A DNA stretch of 64,000 bases, from positions 64,001-128,000 of the IMG/VR virus record IMGVR_UViG_3300044655_003531. One strand, given 5' to 3'. Below the pieces are notes generated by a model. That model saw only the letters and a program-made list of their open reading frames with translations, had not been told where the DNA came from and did no database searches. The DNA is from a virus (taxonomy: Duplodnaviria; Heunggongvirae; Uroviricota; Caudoviricetes). Below, one piece after another: positions 45,571-58,200 of this stretch; within the stretch, counting starts at the first letter, position 1; each line of letters opens with the position of its first letter. A program made the translations under genes and the position numbers.

Positions 45571-47679
45571 TTAGCTACCAATTCCGCCCCCTCCAGAAAC
45601 TGGATTGGTATAAACATAAGGGATATAACCGCATCTATTGGCAGTGCCCGAATAGTTAAACTGATAAAAGATAGACTCGTTGTTTATAAAAATTAATCTA
45701 ATATGGTAGCATCTGAAAGATGAATTACTAATAGATACAGAGGAACTTCCACCTGCATAAACAGTTCTAATGCCACCAAAAGATATGTAGCCAGACGGCC
45801 AAATTCCCGACTCATCCTCTAGAAAAATGTCGAAAATTCTCCTTGATGTATTAGAAAAAGAAATACCCATACCAGGATTTACAGGATCAACTGTTGTAAT
45901 ATTTTGAAACCCACTTAACTGTAAATAAATGGAATAGTATTCTCCGTTTGCGGTGGGAGTGTTTGCATCTGGAGTTAACAAGTATGCGTAATAAGCCTTA
46001 ATACAAATAACATCAGAATTATTACCATTTATTTCTAATGAAGCATAATTATTCAAAAATCCATTAGCAGAAAATTGGCTTCCGCTTCTTCCATTCAGAC
46101 TATATGAATCAACAACATCTATTTTCTTCACTAGGCAGCCAGAAGCGGAACCAGAGGGGCCAGTTTCACCAATCATCGTTAGATTGTTGCTTCTACTTTC
46201 TAAAATTCTATACCCCGCAGGATTTCTAAAAGTATAAATAGGGGTTCCGGTCGAAGAACCTAAAATTTGAATATTCAATCCCTGATTTCCCGAGACGTCG
46301 ATCAAGGTGCTGGCATCTGCGGTCAGACCGGATGAATCGGCCAGATTCTGATACGACAAACTGTTACTAGTCAGTATCTTGTTAGCAGAATTCATCAAAA
46401 TCGTAGAGGGTGTAGCCAGGGTCAAGCTGCCAGTGGCTCCCGTAGAAGATTCAAAAGTGATTTGATTTTGAGAAGTCAGTTGCACAAAAGTATTGCCGGC
46501 TAGTATCACAGATTCCCCAGATCCCCCGGTAGCAGAAAAACTACCAGTAGTTCCTAATAAAATTCTAGTTTCTCCCGGATTGCTAAAAGTGATATCATAA
46601 GATTCTGCAGTTGGAACAGTCCAATTAAAAGATGGAATGGAGACAGATCCTACAAAGGTTTTATCGAACCCTAAAATCGGATATTGAACAGTTCCAATGT
46701 CATTTAATGTAAAAGTTCTTACTGGCCTCACCAGTCTGGAATTTGATTTATTTGAAAATCCTGAGACACCAAAATTTAAAACACTAGCCAGTCCGGGGTT
46801 TAACTGTGTACTTGTCCAAAAAGTACCAGCAAAAGAAGCAGGGTCTAAAGGCTGTAGTTCTTGATACATTAAAAACATTTCATCGTAACTAGGAAGATAC
46901 CAGTCGGAAAATCCATTAAGAGAAAGATCTGCACAGACGCTGGCGGCAATAGGTCTAGTAGCACACCCAAATAAAATCAAATTTGTATTTGCTGCTCCTG
47001 TACCTAAGGCTGAAGATGTACCAGAAATATTAGTTCCAGCGCATCCCCAAGCATAAGTAGTATTCAGGTTGTTTGGCGCACAGACCAAACCCCCATTACC
47101 AGCAGGATTAACATAAAAAACAACCCCTCCTGCCAAAAAAGAACCAACTTTTATATTAACCACAGGAGCCGTACTTACCATTAGTTTCGAGAGGTTCGGA
47201 TTGACATTGGAGGTAGTTCCAACAGCATCAGAAATAACTAGGCTGTAATCAGAGGCCGAAGGTCCTGGGAAGACAATGCTATTATGAGTTGTGCTTCCAC
47301 CTGGTCCCGATACTCCGGTGATTGCTTCAAATTCAGAGTCCTGCAGAATACTTTCTCCAGTATCAACCCAATTGGTGCCATCATAGAAATAGACACTTTG
47401 AAATCCAGTGATCCCAATATTAACCCAGATGTCATCAGTTGAAGATTCTGTGGATAATGGGGGCTCAGGAGAAAAAAACCACCTTGCTGCAGGCGAACCT
47501 GTCGCTCCAGGTAAACCGTCTAATCCCACAGGTCCAATCATACCCGTGGGTCCAAATTCTCCCAACGGTCCTGGACTTCCTATCGCATTAAAATAGATTT
47601 GGGCAAAATTAGAATTAATCTTGGACAGGATTTCGTTCTTGTCGTCCCCTGGAAAAATGTATTTTGAATTGAAAGACAT
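45571..47679 (-). CDS. Tail fibre-like protein with collagen segment and inserted DUF1566 (Lcl/CLec-like) domain
   Basis: G-x-y repeats near the N-terminus; GGVVFY...GFSDWYLPS.DEM...FWTST...VRPVR domain. Confidence 0.75.
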   Translation of the reverse strand: MSFNSKYIFPGDDKNEILSKINSNFAQIYFNAIGSPGPLGEFGPTGMIGPVGLDGLPGATGSPAARWFFSPEPPLSTESSTDDIWVNIGITGFQSVYFYDGTNWVDTGESILQDSEFEAITGVSGPGGSTTHNSIVFPGPSASDYSLVISDAVGTTSNVNPNLSKLMVSTAPVVNIKVGSFLAGGVVFYVNPAGNGGLVCAPNNLNTTYAWGCAGTNISGTSSALGTGAANTNLILFGCATRPIAASVCADLSLNGFSDWYLPSYDEMFLMYQELQPLDPASFAGTFWTSTQLNPGLASVLNFGVSGFSNKSNSRLVRPVRTFTLNDIGTVQYPILGFDKTFVGSVSIPSFNWTVPTAESYDITFSNPGETRILLGTTGSFSATGGSGESVILAGNTFVQLTSQNQITFESSTGATGSLTLATPSTILMNSANKILTSNSLSYQNLADSSGLTADASTLIDVSGNQGLNIQILGSSTGTPIYTFRNPAGYRILESRSNNLTMIGETGPSGSASGCLVKKIDVVDSYSLNGRSGSQFSANGFLNNYASLEINGNNSDVICIKAYYAYLLTPDANTPTANGEYYSIYLQLSGFQNITTVDPVNPGMGISFSNTSRRIFDIFLEDESGIWPSGYISFGGIRTVYAGGSSSVSISNSSFRCYHIRLIFINNESIFYQFNYSGTANRCGYIPYVYTNPVSGGGGIGS

Positions 47680-47680
47680 G

Positions 47681-49165
47681 TTATGCTAATTTACCGCAGA
47701 GTCCACCACAGGTTGAATAATAAACTTGATAATCAGTATCGGAAGAGAGCCTAATGATGGTGAAATCGACAAAACTTTGACCACTGGCAAAAGTAGCCGC
47801 CGTGTTAGAACCCGCATTAATGGTTCCTGAGCCTGTCCACAAAGCAACACTTTTGACCAAATTGTTCGAGTTTGTACTAATAACTCTTAATTGGATAGAT
47901 TCATAATTTCCTAGATACTGAGTCCAGCTATTAGAGACGGTACCCCCGACAGGAAGGGCTAGTCCCTTATCTGAAGGAGAGGAAGAAGTATCGAAAAGAA
48001 GAAGGTTTCCAGTCTGGATAATATTTGTTCCCAAATACCAATAATAGTAAGTTGTGGCGGAGATAGTCGCAGAATTATCATAGGTAGAGGAAAGAGATCT
48101 AAAAGCAGATCCTAATTGAGACACGAAAATCTTTCCATCCGCCCTAACTGAGAATTTACTGGATCCCCCTGAGGCAAAATTGGCCAAAAACTGACTAGTG
48201 CTGGTCGATGTTCCTGATAACAAGAGACCTGATCCTGAACCGGAGTTGTTAAAAGTCATGGCATAGCCACTTGCACTGGAGGTCAAACTCAGAGGCACAG
48301 ATAAACTCAAAGAGGATGATGAAAGATTGTAGTTCTGAGAACTGAAATTCATCGGCTGGGAACCTGATGAAAAATTCATGACCGAGGCCGAGGTAACAGT
48401 CATAGTTGCAGCCGAGGTTAAAGACAAAGTATTGGCTGAAGAAAACTGAAGGGAAGAGGCGGAGCTTTGAACTAGCATCGAGCCTCCTGCTCTGAATTCC
48501 ATGCTGTCTTGAGGAACAGTAAACAGCAAATTATAGTTGGAAGAGCTGGGGTTTAACCACCTAAATTGTGGGTGTCTGTTGTAGTCCTGTGGTGTACCAG
48601 CTCCAGTGGCGTTGGTTTTCGAAAATTCCAGGAGAGGGTAATCAGAGGACGAGTTGGTTGAGATCAGAAGTTTCGCATAGGTGGGATTGGTGGTTTGGGG
48701 CACCGACACCGCATCGCTTAAAACTAGGGTGTTTAAATTAGGAAAAGGGGAGTTGAAAACGACCGCATTCTTAGAACCACTCGGGCCTGAAATTCCGACT
48801 AAAGTAGTAAAGACCTCCGTGGATTGAAGATCGAACCCTGTATCTGTCCATCCTGCTGCAGTGTACTCAAAAATAGAATTCTGATTGAAAGTGTCTACCC
48901 AATAATCACCTTCAATTACGGGATCGGAAGTTCCACCCGCCGGAAACGAGGGTTGAACATACCAACGAGTTCCCCTCAGTCCTTGCTGACCAGGATCACC
49001 CTGAGGTCCCTGAGGACCTACTGGACCTTGAGGTCCAATCTCTCCTTGCAGACCTTGGGGTCCACCTCCATTTTGGATCAAGGACTCAAAGTTTGCATTA
49101 ACCTTGTTCCTGATATCTTCTTGGGAATCCCCCAGATTTAGATTAAGAATGTTCAAAGTAGGCAT
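47681..49165 (-). CDS. Tail fibre-like protein with collagen segment; paralog of the downstream gene
   Basis: GPQGLQGEIGPQGPVGPQGPQGDPG; colinear motifs with 45571-47679; GAATATATA at 49184-49192. Confidence 0.75.
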   Translation of the reverse strand: MPTLNILNLNLGDSQEDIRNKVNANFESLIQNGGGPQGLQGEIGPQGPVGPQGPQGDPGQQGLRGTRWYVQPSFPAGGTSDPVIEGDYWVDTFNQNSIFEYTAAGWTDTGFDLQSTEVFTTLVGISGPSGSKNAVVFNSPFPNLNTLVLSDAVSVPQTTNPTYAKLLISTNSSSDYPLLEFSKTNATGAGTPQDYNRHPQFRWLNPSSSNYNLLFTVPQDSMEFRAGGSMLVQSSASSLQFSSANTLSLTSAATMTVTSASVMNFSSGSQPMNFSSQNYNLSSSSLSLSVPLSLTSSASGYAMTFNNSGSGSGLLLSGTSTSTSQFLANFASGGSSKFSVRADGKIFVSQLGSAFRSLSSTYDNSATISATTYYYWYLGTNIIQTGNLLLFDTSSSPSDKGLALPVGGTVSNSWTQYLGNYESIQLRVISTNSNNLVKSVALWTGSGTINAGSNTAATFASGQSFVDFTIIRLSSDTDYQVYYSTCGGLCGKLA

Positions 49166-49205
49166 GGGAAGAATGTCTTTCTGTATATATTCAGACTCTT
49201 AAAAA

Positions 49206-52200
49206 TTAAATTTTCTGGATTCTGAAGGAGAAAGTCAAGGAATAATTTTGACCGACCGTTAGAGGATATTCGAAAGAGTAAATCAAATCGGTGATTTTAG
49301 TTAATCTGTAGTTATTTTGTTGATAGTAACCATATCTGATCCGATCTGGATTAATAAGATCTCCTCTTACCAATAATTCAGTTGTTGTTAACGCCTCTCC
49401 TGTCTTCTTGACAAACAGATCAAAAGTAATCCCTTCGTAGATAGGAACTATATTCTGGTCAATGTAGGTGTTGATATCGTCGTAGATGCTGTTGGGATTC
49501 CCCAATCCAAACTCGCTCACCATGTTGTCGACGAAAACCTGGCTAACCCCGGAATTTAACAGATACCTTCTTAAGATCCTATCCAATCTGATAGAACCGA
49601 TGACGGTGTTGGAAATTTCGTTCCTTTGCCAGAAGATTTCCACTTGGGGGAAGATGTCTTGATCGAAAACGGGTAAATCAACATTACTGAGATAATTTCC
49701 TAATTGTCCTACCCCAGTGTTAGAAGTGGAGGGGTTTAAATTTTGAATGGCAGGAACCGCGGCAACCGCCTGAGTGTTAATCGCATCGACATTGGTGTTG
49801 CCTGATGTTCTCACCAGTTCTAGAGTGATGAAAGTGTAGATGGTAACAGTGTAGGGGGTCTGCATCATCTTTGAACCCAGAAAACTTTTGTTCTCCTTCA
49901 TCGATCTAGTTCCGGCAACTGGATTCTGGGTTGTAGCCGAGGTCCAAAGATTGTAGTAGCCAGGATCCCAGCTGGAAAGGAAGACTGAGAAATTCTTGTA
50001 GGAAATTGGTGATTGACCCACTAAAGGAAACACCGGTCCTTGTGGCAAATTCTGAGAAGCCTGAAGAATATTTTGATCCAGAGAGACTTTAGAAAAAGCC
50101 AGATTTTCTATGAGACCAAATCCTTCTTGCTCGGGGGCAAAGGTACAGTTTCTGAAAGTAATGTCTGCCCCTGGGTTGCCGGAGATTGAATCCGTTTTAT
50201 CACCCTTGAATCTGAGCACCTTCTTAAACAAAGGTTCGTATGCGCCTCCATACCTTAAAATATCACTGGCCAGCTCGGAACCACCGTTTTCAATCTGATA
50301 ACTGGTAACAACACTAGTGCCTAGAGTTTGAGGCCCTTCGTAGCTCTTGACTGGATATAAGCCAGTTGGTTTATAGAGAGCAGTTGGCTCAGTAAAAGAA
50401 ACTTGAAAAGAATTCTGAGAAACCAGGGTACTTTCAGCAATCGGATCCCAATCGTAAGTAGTATAACTAATATAGGGGCTTTCGTTATTAACACGCAAAT
50501 AAATTTGGGATAGGGAAATTCTTTTTAGAATAAAGTCGAAATAATCTTCTCCCCCGTCTACTTGAAAAACTGGATAATTAGCGTAGGCTGATCTTGGTCC
50601 TACTGGGATTGTAACTGGCGAGGAGAACGCAAAGGGAATTTGGAATTCATAGGCTCCTGGCTCGATAGCTTGAAAATCAACTAAATTTTGGGATCTTCCA
50701 ACTGGCCAGGGGTAAGTGTAAGACTGACTGGGGACGTAGAAACTACCAGGTCCGGTATCGGAGACGGACCCGGTAGATCCTATTGGGTAAAACAAATTGA
50801 TCTCTTCTCTTAAATCGGTGTCAAAATCTGGATTTTCAATGGTGAAGATTTTTCCAGAATTAGAAAATAGAGTAACTGAACTGTCTGAAGTAGTGGAGAG
50901 ATTCAAGGCCGCAGACAACTTGATATCAGCAATATCGTAGAGAGGTGATCCAGTAGGACCCGTAGCTCCTGTTGTTCCAACGTCCGTGGCCTCTTTCTTG
51001 TCACTCATGCAATACATCAGCAGATAATCCAGGTAGGGTGTTCCTCCAGTTCCTCCAGTCGACCCCAAAGGTAAAGCTCTGTAATCTTTAATGACGACGT
51101 ACACTACCAAGAGGACACATTTTTGTTGCACGTTTTCAATAAACTCATACCTAACTGGACTTTGGATTTCAGAATCATCCTCCGGCACAACTTTGAGGAT
51201 GGCAGAGAAATTGTAATTTTCATACCCTCTGTAGTTGATAATGTATTTTTCAAGCTCTGATTTGGGGTTCGTAACACTGCTTCTTTTCTTCAGTACTATC
51301 TTTACTCCCCTAAAGACCGTTTCATAAAAACCGGTGGCATAATTGAAATTGAGGTTGCTAAAGTATTCGTACCCCTGATATTTCAGGCTGTAGTAGGGAG
51401 CTGGATAATCTGCGGTTGAGACAGTAAAGAATGAATTAAAGTACAGGGCGTAATTAGGATTGCCACTACGCAATTTCTGAAAATCAACCTCGCCCGGCAG
51501 ATAACTTTTCTGTTTTGAAATATCATCAATTGGGAACTGAGGAGGAACCCCCTGAAGAATCAACCACTCGTGGGTCAGATATCGAGGATCTGGGCTTTCT
51601 TTCTGAAAACTAGGGGAAAAATTGGTGGGGCTGAATGCAGGAGAAGAATTCAGTCTGTAAACATTGCCCCTGGCGTCGGTGCCACCTAAGAATCCCCATT
51701 TGTTCACGAAAGGCACTATTCTAGAAAAATTGGCCCGGGTCTGGGTGAAGTTTTCCCAGAGATACTGGTATTCTGTTTCAAGCTTACCATATTCAAATAA
51801 CTCTGCCTTTTCAAGAGGATTTGGGATCGGCATTTCGTTAGAGATGGATTGAATTCCGTAAAAACCCTCAAACGAGTTCAGATTTTGCTCGGGGACAATT
51901 GTTGTAGGGTAGGGGGTCTGAGGGTCTACCCAACCAACCTGGCTGAAAACTGCTGGATACACGACAGAAAGAGTTCCAGTTTCAGAGAATAATATATCCT
52001 GGAAATAGTTGACCGTAGTGCCAATAAAGGCAGAGCCTGGGCCTAAAATCCTCTCCGTGGGTGAACCTTTATCAACCAGTATTTCACCACTCCTTACGAT
52101 GTATTTTACACCCTCTACGATTTGACCAGGTTGATCAGGAACAAGTTGGAAATATCGATGGAATTCAGGGGTTGGTGTTTCTCCGTATTTAGAGGATAGA

Positions 52201-55200
52201 AAATCGTAGTCAAAATCTTTCAGATCGAAGAAACTGAAAGCACCTGAGTAGAGAGTAGCTACATCCCAAACATTGAAATTGCCATCACTACCCAGGCTGA
52301 TAATAGCTTTAGTATCTTCCAAACTTGCGACCAAAAATTCATTGTAGCCCCTGAATTCAGTCACGGTGCCCGAAGTCAAGGAGGGATTATTATTGTAGAT
52401 TGGACGGTCGACGTATCTGGTAACCGAGGAAATTCTAGAAACGGAACCTACCACTCCCCTACCTCCTTCCACTTCGATCCATTTGCCAGGGGTAATTTTA
52501 TCTTTCTCGTTGATTGAAAAGGCAACTCTAGATTTGGAGAAATCAGTACCACCAACGAAATTCAGATTTCTATCTAAAGCTGAAACGTCATAGTTCTCAA
52601 TTTTAATCAGACCTGAAGTTGTAAAGGTGAAGTAATTTTGCCAAGTGTTATCCTCCGTAGGAGGAGGATTCGTGTTGCCGGAACTTGGGGCTGTAATGGC
52701 AGAAGAAGCTGTGTAGTAGACATTAAAATAGGAGACAATTTGACCTGCGGAATAGCCGGCCGTGCTGGACCAAATTCCGGCATAAGAAGACTCAAAAGAA
52801 TCATAGTCAGAAAAGACTGCAATCTTAAAATCTGTGTTGTAATTCGCTCCGCTGTTTCTGGCTCTAATGATAGCGTTATTGTCAGAATTAGCAGAATCCC
52901 AGATAGTGCTGCTGATGGAGAGAACACATTGAACAAACGAAGATGCGACTTGGGACGTTTGGCCCTGAGAGAAATTGAAATAGTGGGTGTTGCCGTTGTT
53001 ATAAGAACTTCCAGCCTGCCAATTGAGAACGCTGCCTCCCAATAAGGAAGATTGAATCAGGTCGTATTTTTCATTTAAAGGTCCTCTAGTTCCATTCGGC
53101 CAAATGATCTTGAAGGTAACTGGAGTACTGCTATTAAAAGTTGATAAAAACTGGATATTAATGTTGGCGTGACCGGAAGATTCAGGTAAAAAACCCGAAA
53201 AACCACCTATTCTTTCATTGGGGCCGGTAAAATCAAGTAGATTTAGTTGCCTATTGAACACAACTAAATTACCGGATTTCATTTCCATATTCGACTCAGT
53301 TCCGAAATTACCAGAAGGCAAAAGAGGTCCGAATTGACCACTTACCGGGGTGTTGTTGGACCAAGTTTGGGTGGTGGAATCGTAATTTTCATTTCTGAGG
53401 AGGGAATAAAATTTGTCGTTTTTATCGGTGATATAGAAAAGCTTCTGTGGCTCTAAAACATTTACATCATAGGAGCCAGGAATCCAAGAATTTGCCTCTT
53501 GATAGAAAAGTCTGACTCCGGTCGTGCTACTCAAATAATTAGGGTCAGTACTACTAGCATATCCGACATTATTGGTGGAAGGTTTAGGTAGATTGTTGTT
53601 GCCGGACAGGTTACGATATTGATAGAAGAAATCTCCATTCAATTTAAAACTTCCTAAATCATTTCTGGAAACATACAGACCAAAATATCTGTTGATGGAA
53701 TATAAATCAGAATCAGGATCATTAAAGAGAAATTCTAAATTCAATAAATTGGGAATTATGATCCCATTTCTCTCAAAACCTCCTGTCACATAATTCTCGA
53801 AATCTATCTGGGGGGTGGAGTTGTTGGAAATCAAGAAATCGTACATCAACTCCCCTTTTTTACTATAACTACCTGTTTTGATATCTACTCCTTGGTAGTA
53901 AGTAAAGGCATTAAGCTGATAGGAGAAATCCAAAGGAGCTGAAGAAAATCCAGGATCGTTAATGATAGATCTAATATATTTACCTATAACGGTGTCCTCT
54001 CGAAGATCAAAAGTTGCTATAGCAGCCGCGTTTGGAAGGATTTTACTGTTGAAGTATGAATTAACGTCATCAACTTCAGGCTGGAAAAGAGTCTCGTTCA
54101 TTAGCACAACTTTACCAGATCCTGATACAATTTCGTAGGTTGAGTAAACAGAATTTCCAACCATAAATTCTCCAGCCCTATACAAAATAGGCCGGGCAAA
54201 ATTATCAACCCCATAAGAGATGACAAAAGGATCAGGTGAATTGACGTCTTGAATAATTTTGTACTGGGTCCCGCTCAGAATTTCGGTTTGGTTTGTCGAA
54301 TACGGATAACTCAAAGGCCCCGGGATTTTAAAGATGACAAAGAAATCTGGAATCTCATCCCGCAACCACAATGGCTGGAAGTACCGGAAATTCTCGTTGT
54401 AATTTCTATCAACAAGTGTAGAGGCACCAGAGCCATAGAAGAAATCGTACTGAGAGCTAAAGCCTTCCACTGGCCGGTCCTCCCCATCAGTAAGTTTTGC
54501 AACTTCAAAAATAACATTTTCTGGCACGGTTCCGTTCATGAAGAATCTGTACAGATCTTTAGAATAGGCGTTTTGTCCCGAAACTCGGTATTTTTTGAAT
54601 CTTTGATCGCTAAGAACTGGATTTGCATCCATTGAATTCATCCAAACTGAACCATTAGAGTCCAGTGTTAATTTCACATTTCCTGTTAATTTTGGATTTG
54701 TTCTTAGAACTCCAAAGGAAGAATTGTAATCAAAAAGTTTGGGTAAGAAAGTGCAAAGTCTACCTGTATCGGTTGCTATAACACCCGCAATGGTGGTCAC
54801 ATTTCTGAGGCAGATATTGCAGATTTCAGAAAAAGCAGAAAGGGAAAAAGGTTGTGAAGTGCCATCGCATCTGGTAACAGTGATAGTAACGGGATACGAA
54901 TTTGTGTTTGCGATACACCATCTGATACAATCGTAAATAATAGGAGTAGGGGTAACACTCGGGGTAACACTCGGGGTCGGGGTGCTAGTAGGGGTGATAC
55001 TCGGGGTTGGTGTGTTGGTAGGGGTGATACTCGGGGTTGGTGTGTTGGTAGGGGTGGTACTAGGGGTCGGAGTATTAGTAGGAGTGATACTCGGGGTCGG
55101 GGTGTTAGTAGGAGTGATACTCGGGGTCGGGGTGTTAGTAGGAGTGATACTCGGAGTCGGGGTGTTAGTAGGGGTGACGCTCGGTGTTACACTAATAGAA

Positions 55201-58200
55201 GGAGTAATGCTAGGGGTTGGGGAGTTAGTAGGAGTGATACTAGGTGTCGGGGTGTTAGTAGGGGTGACACTCGGGGTTACAGTGGCAGTAGGGTTTGAGC
55301 ACTCACAAATATCAAAACCAACTCCCGCTGGACTGCTGCTGCCTGGATTAGGTGGCCAAACATTAGTTAAGGTTAGGCTTGAGAAGCCCAAGGGGTTCTT
55401 AATTTCCACAACCAGAGAAACCTCATCGTCATAATTGCCAGGAACGGTTGTTAAGAGATTTTTTATATAGCTACCGTTTACATTGGTTCCTATTTCAAAA
55501 CTTGATCTATCACCGCACCAAATAACTGGTTCTAGACTAGGAGTTCCAGTGTTTGTTGTAAAATAGATAAACTCTGAATTACTGTTTTCATCTACACTAA
55601 GGTACAAAATCCTTAAAGTAATTGTAGAAATTGGTTGGCTGAAATTCAGGGTATAATTAGCATTAACCGGCGAAGAGTAGAAAGTATCGATCAATCCTGA
55701 ATATTTGTTATTATAGGAATCGAAAATAATTTGCTGAATGTCGCAACCGTAAGTAGGTTCGGGTGCCGCGATTCTCAGTGCATTAGGTGTTGTAGTTGAA
55801 GCTGTAATAGTAACACCATTCCAATTAATTGATCTATACAACCAACTTGTACTAGGAAAAACGTTATTAGGAAAGGGTGGAGAAATGAATTTATTAGCAG
55901 TTATACAACAAGGGGCAGGACTAGTAGAAGTTAAAGTAGGGGTAGGAGGAGGTGCGCAAATATACCCAGTTCCTCCAGGATTGGTGCATCCTCCTTGCTG
56001 TGAAACTATATCACAAGGATCTGAAACTATCCACTGGGCACAGAAAGTTCCACTTTCCCCCGGAAGCACAGAAAATGAAACAAAATTTACCGAGGGATCG
56101 CAATCGGCATATGAAACCTCGCAAGGCTCACCTATTAGATGTGCATCACAGGCTTGTTGGCTAGTGATGTACCCGTTACCCCTACCGTATAAGGGATACC
56201 AAGTACCAACAGGAGAAAGAGTAGGGGATACAGTAGGGGTAACCGTTGGGGTAGGGGTTGGAGAAGGAGTTGCAGATTCAGAAGGGGTTAAACTATTAGT
56301 TGGAGTTGGAGTCGGGGTACCAGTTTCGCTCGGGGTTGGAGTTTGAGTAGCAGTTTCACTTGGGGTTGGAGTCGGGGTTCCAGTCTCCGTTGGGGTTGGA
56401 GTTAGAGTTGGGGTCTCGCTCGAAGTTGGGGTTGGAGAAGCGGTGATACTCGGGGTTGGGGTTGAACTAGCGGTTTGAGTAGGTCCTGGTATTTCAGGTT
56501 CTCCTGAAAAAGACTCACTCGAAGCCCCTTCGATATTCATGAACACCGTATACACTCCTAAATTGTCAGATACGGAAGGAGTTGGGGTTGGAGTTGAGGA
56601 GGGGGTTGGAGTTGGGGTAACATCACAAACACCAGACAGTGAAATTTGTCCCGACGATGCAGTTCCTAGCAAAAGCCAGCGGGGCTCTAAATCACACGGG
56701 TCCTGTCCAAAAGCATAAAAAGAATTGGCAGAGTTGCTAAAAGGATCTGCTAAATTCGGGGTGTTATAAATAAAATCGCCAGGGCCCAGATCAGATAGAG
56801 GCTTAGTGGACCAGGCAACTACAGGAAGTGGACACGGATCATTATCATTATAGTAATTATAGCAATTACAAATGATTGGTGTGGTAGAAGGAGTTGGGGT
56901 GTTTGTCGGGGTTATGCTGGGAGTTGGTGTTTGTGAGGGAGTCTGAGTGGGGGATGGAACTGGATAAGCACTGGACTCAACCAAGCAAACATTATCTAAA
57001 ACCGGTCCGAAACAAGTATTTGGAGAGCTTCCCCTAAATTGGATAGTATTTGAAATTTGGGTAGCAGTAAAAATAACAGATTTAGTTTCCCATCCAAAAT
57101 CAAAGAAAGGGTTATTGGAAGTAGTCCCGATTACTGCACTAGGGAGTATGTTATTAGTGGATAACAAAGTCCCATTTAGTCTAACCTGAACAGTTCTCGA
57201 AGAATTGTCAGCAAGATTTTGTTTATTAGCGCCAATGTTATAACTTAAAATATAGACAGTACCAGGAGTGAGTGTTAAAGCTTGTTGAACGGTCCCAAAG
57301 GCTGCACAGGAGGATAAATTAATAAAGACGTTGTCTGAATTCGGGCCAAAGAAATTAGGAAAATAAGCTGATCTAATGCTTCTAACATCCACGTTGCTAA
57401 GGGACCAACCTACTACAGAACCACCCGTTTGGGAAGCTACAGAATTTTGAAAATCCCCATTGACGAAAAGATTAGCCTGAGTACAGGGGCTATTGGGGCA
57501 GATAAAATTAGTAGCTTGAAGAGCGGCGTTGTAAATAGTTTGTAGGCCTGGGGTATTGTTATAAAGACTTTGGATGGAAGAAGGACCTGGGCCTGGACCC
57601 ACCAGGTTGATCATCATTGGATTCCCTGTGATTGGGTCATTGGAAGCAACTTGGGAATATAAGGCAGATGAATAGCACAAATCTGTAGGAATTCCTGAAA
57701 TGCTAACCGAACAAGCAGTAAAATTTGGATCATCAGAATTCCCACCAACTCCAATGACAACTATCTCTGAAGTTCCAGGCATGCCATAAAGAGACAACTG
57801 TTTGAAAAGTGTAGCTTGCTGTAAAAGATAAGCATTAGGTGAACTAGGATTTGTACTCGGATTTCCATCAACTATTAAAACAAGAACTTTCTTGGCATTG
57901 GGTCTACCATAGGAAGTTGCCAGGCTAATAGCTGTATTAATCCCCAATCCTGGATTGGTACCACCAGGAAAAGAAACCCCTGAATAGTCCAGACAGGAAG
58001 GATAAGAAACCGACTGTTGGCAGAAATAATTATAGATCTGGTTATAATTAGATGAAAACTGCAAACTGTTCAGAGAAGGCTGAATTTGGGGGTCAGGAGA
58101 CACATCTGACCAAGAATAAGCTGCAACTCTTACTTTACCCGAATTTATTTCATTGATAAAATTATTGACTATCTGGAGAGAAACTAGTCTTTCTGCAATG

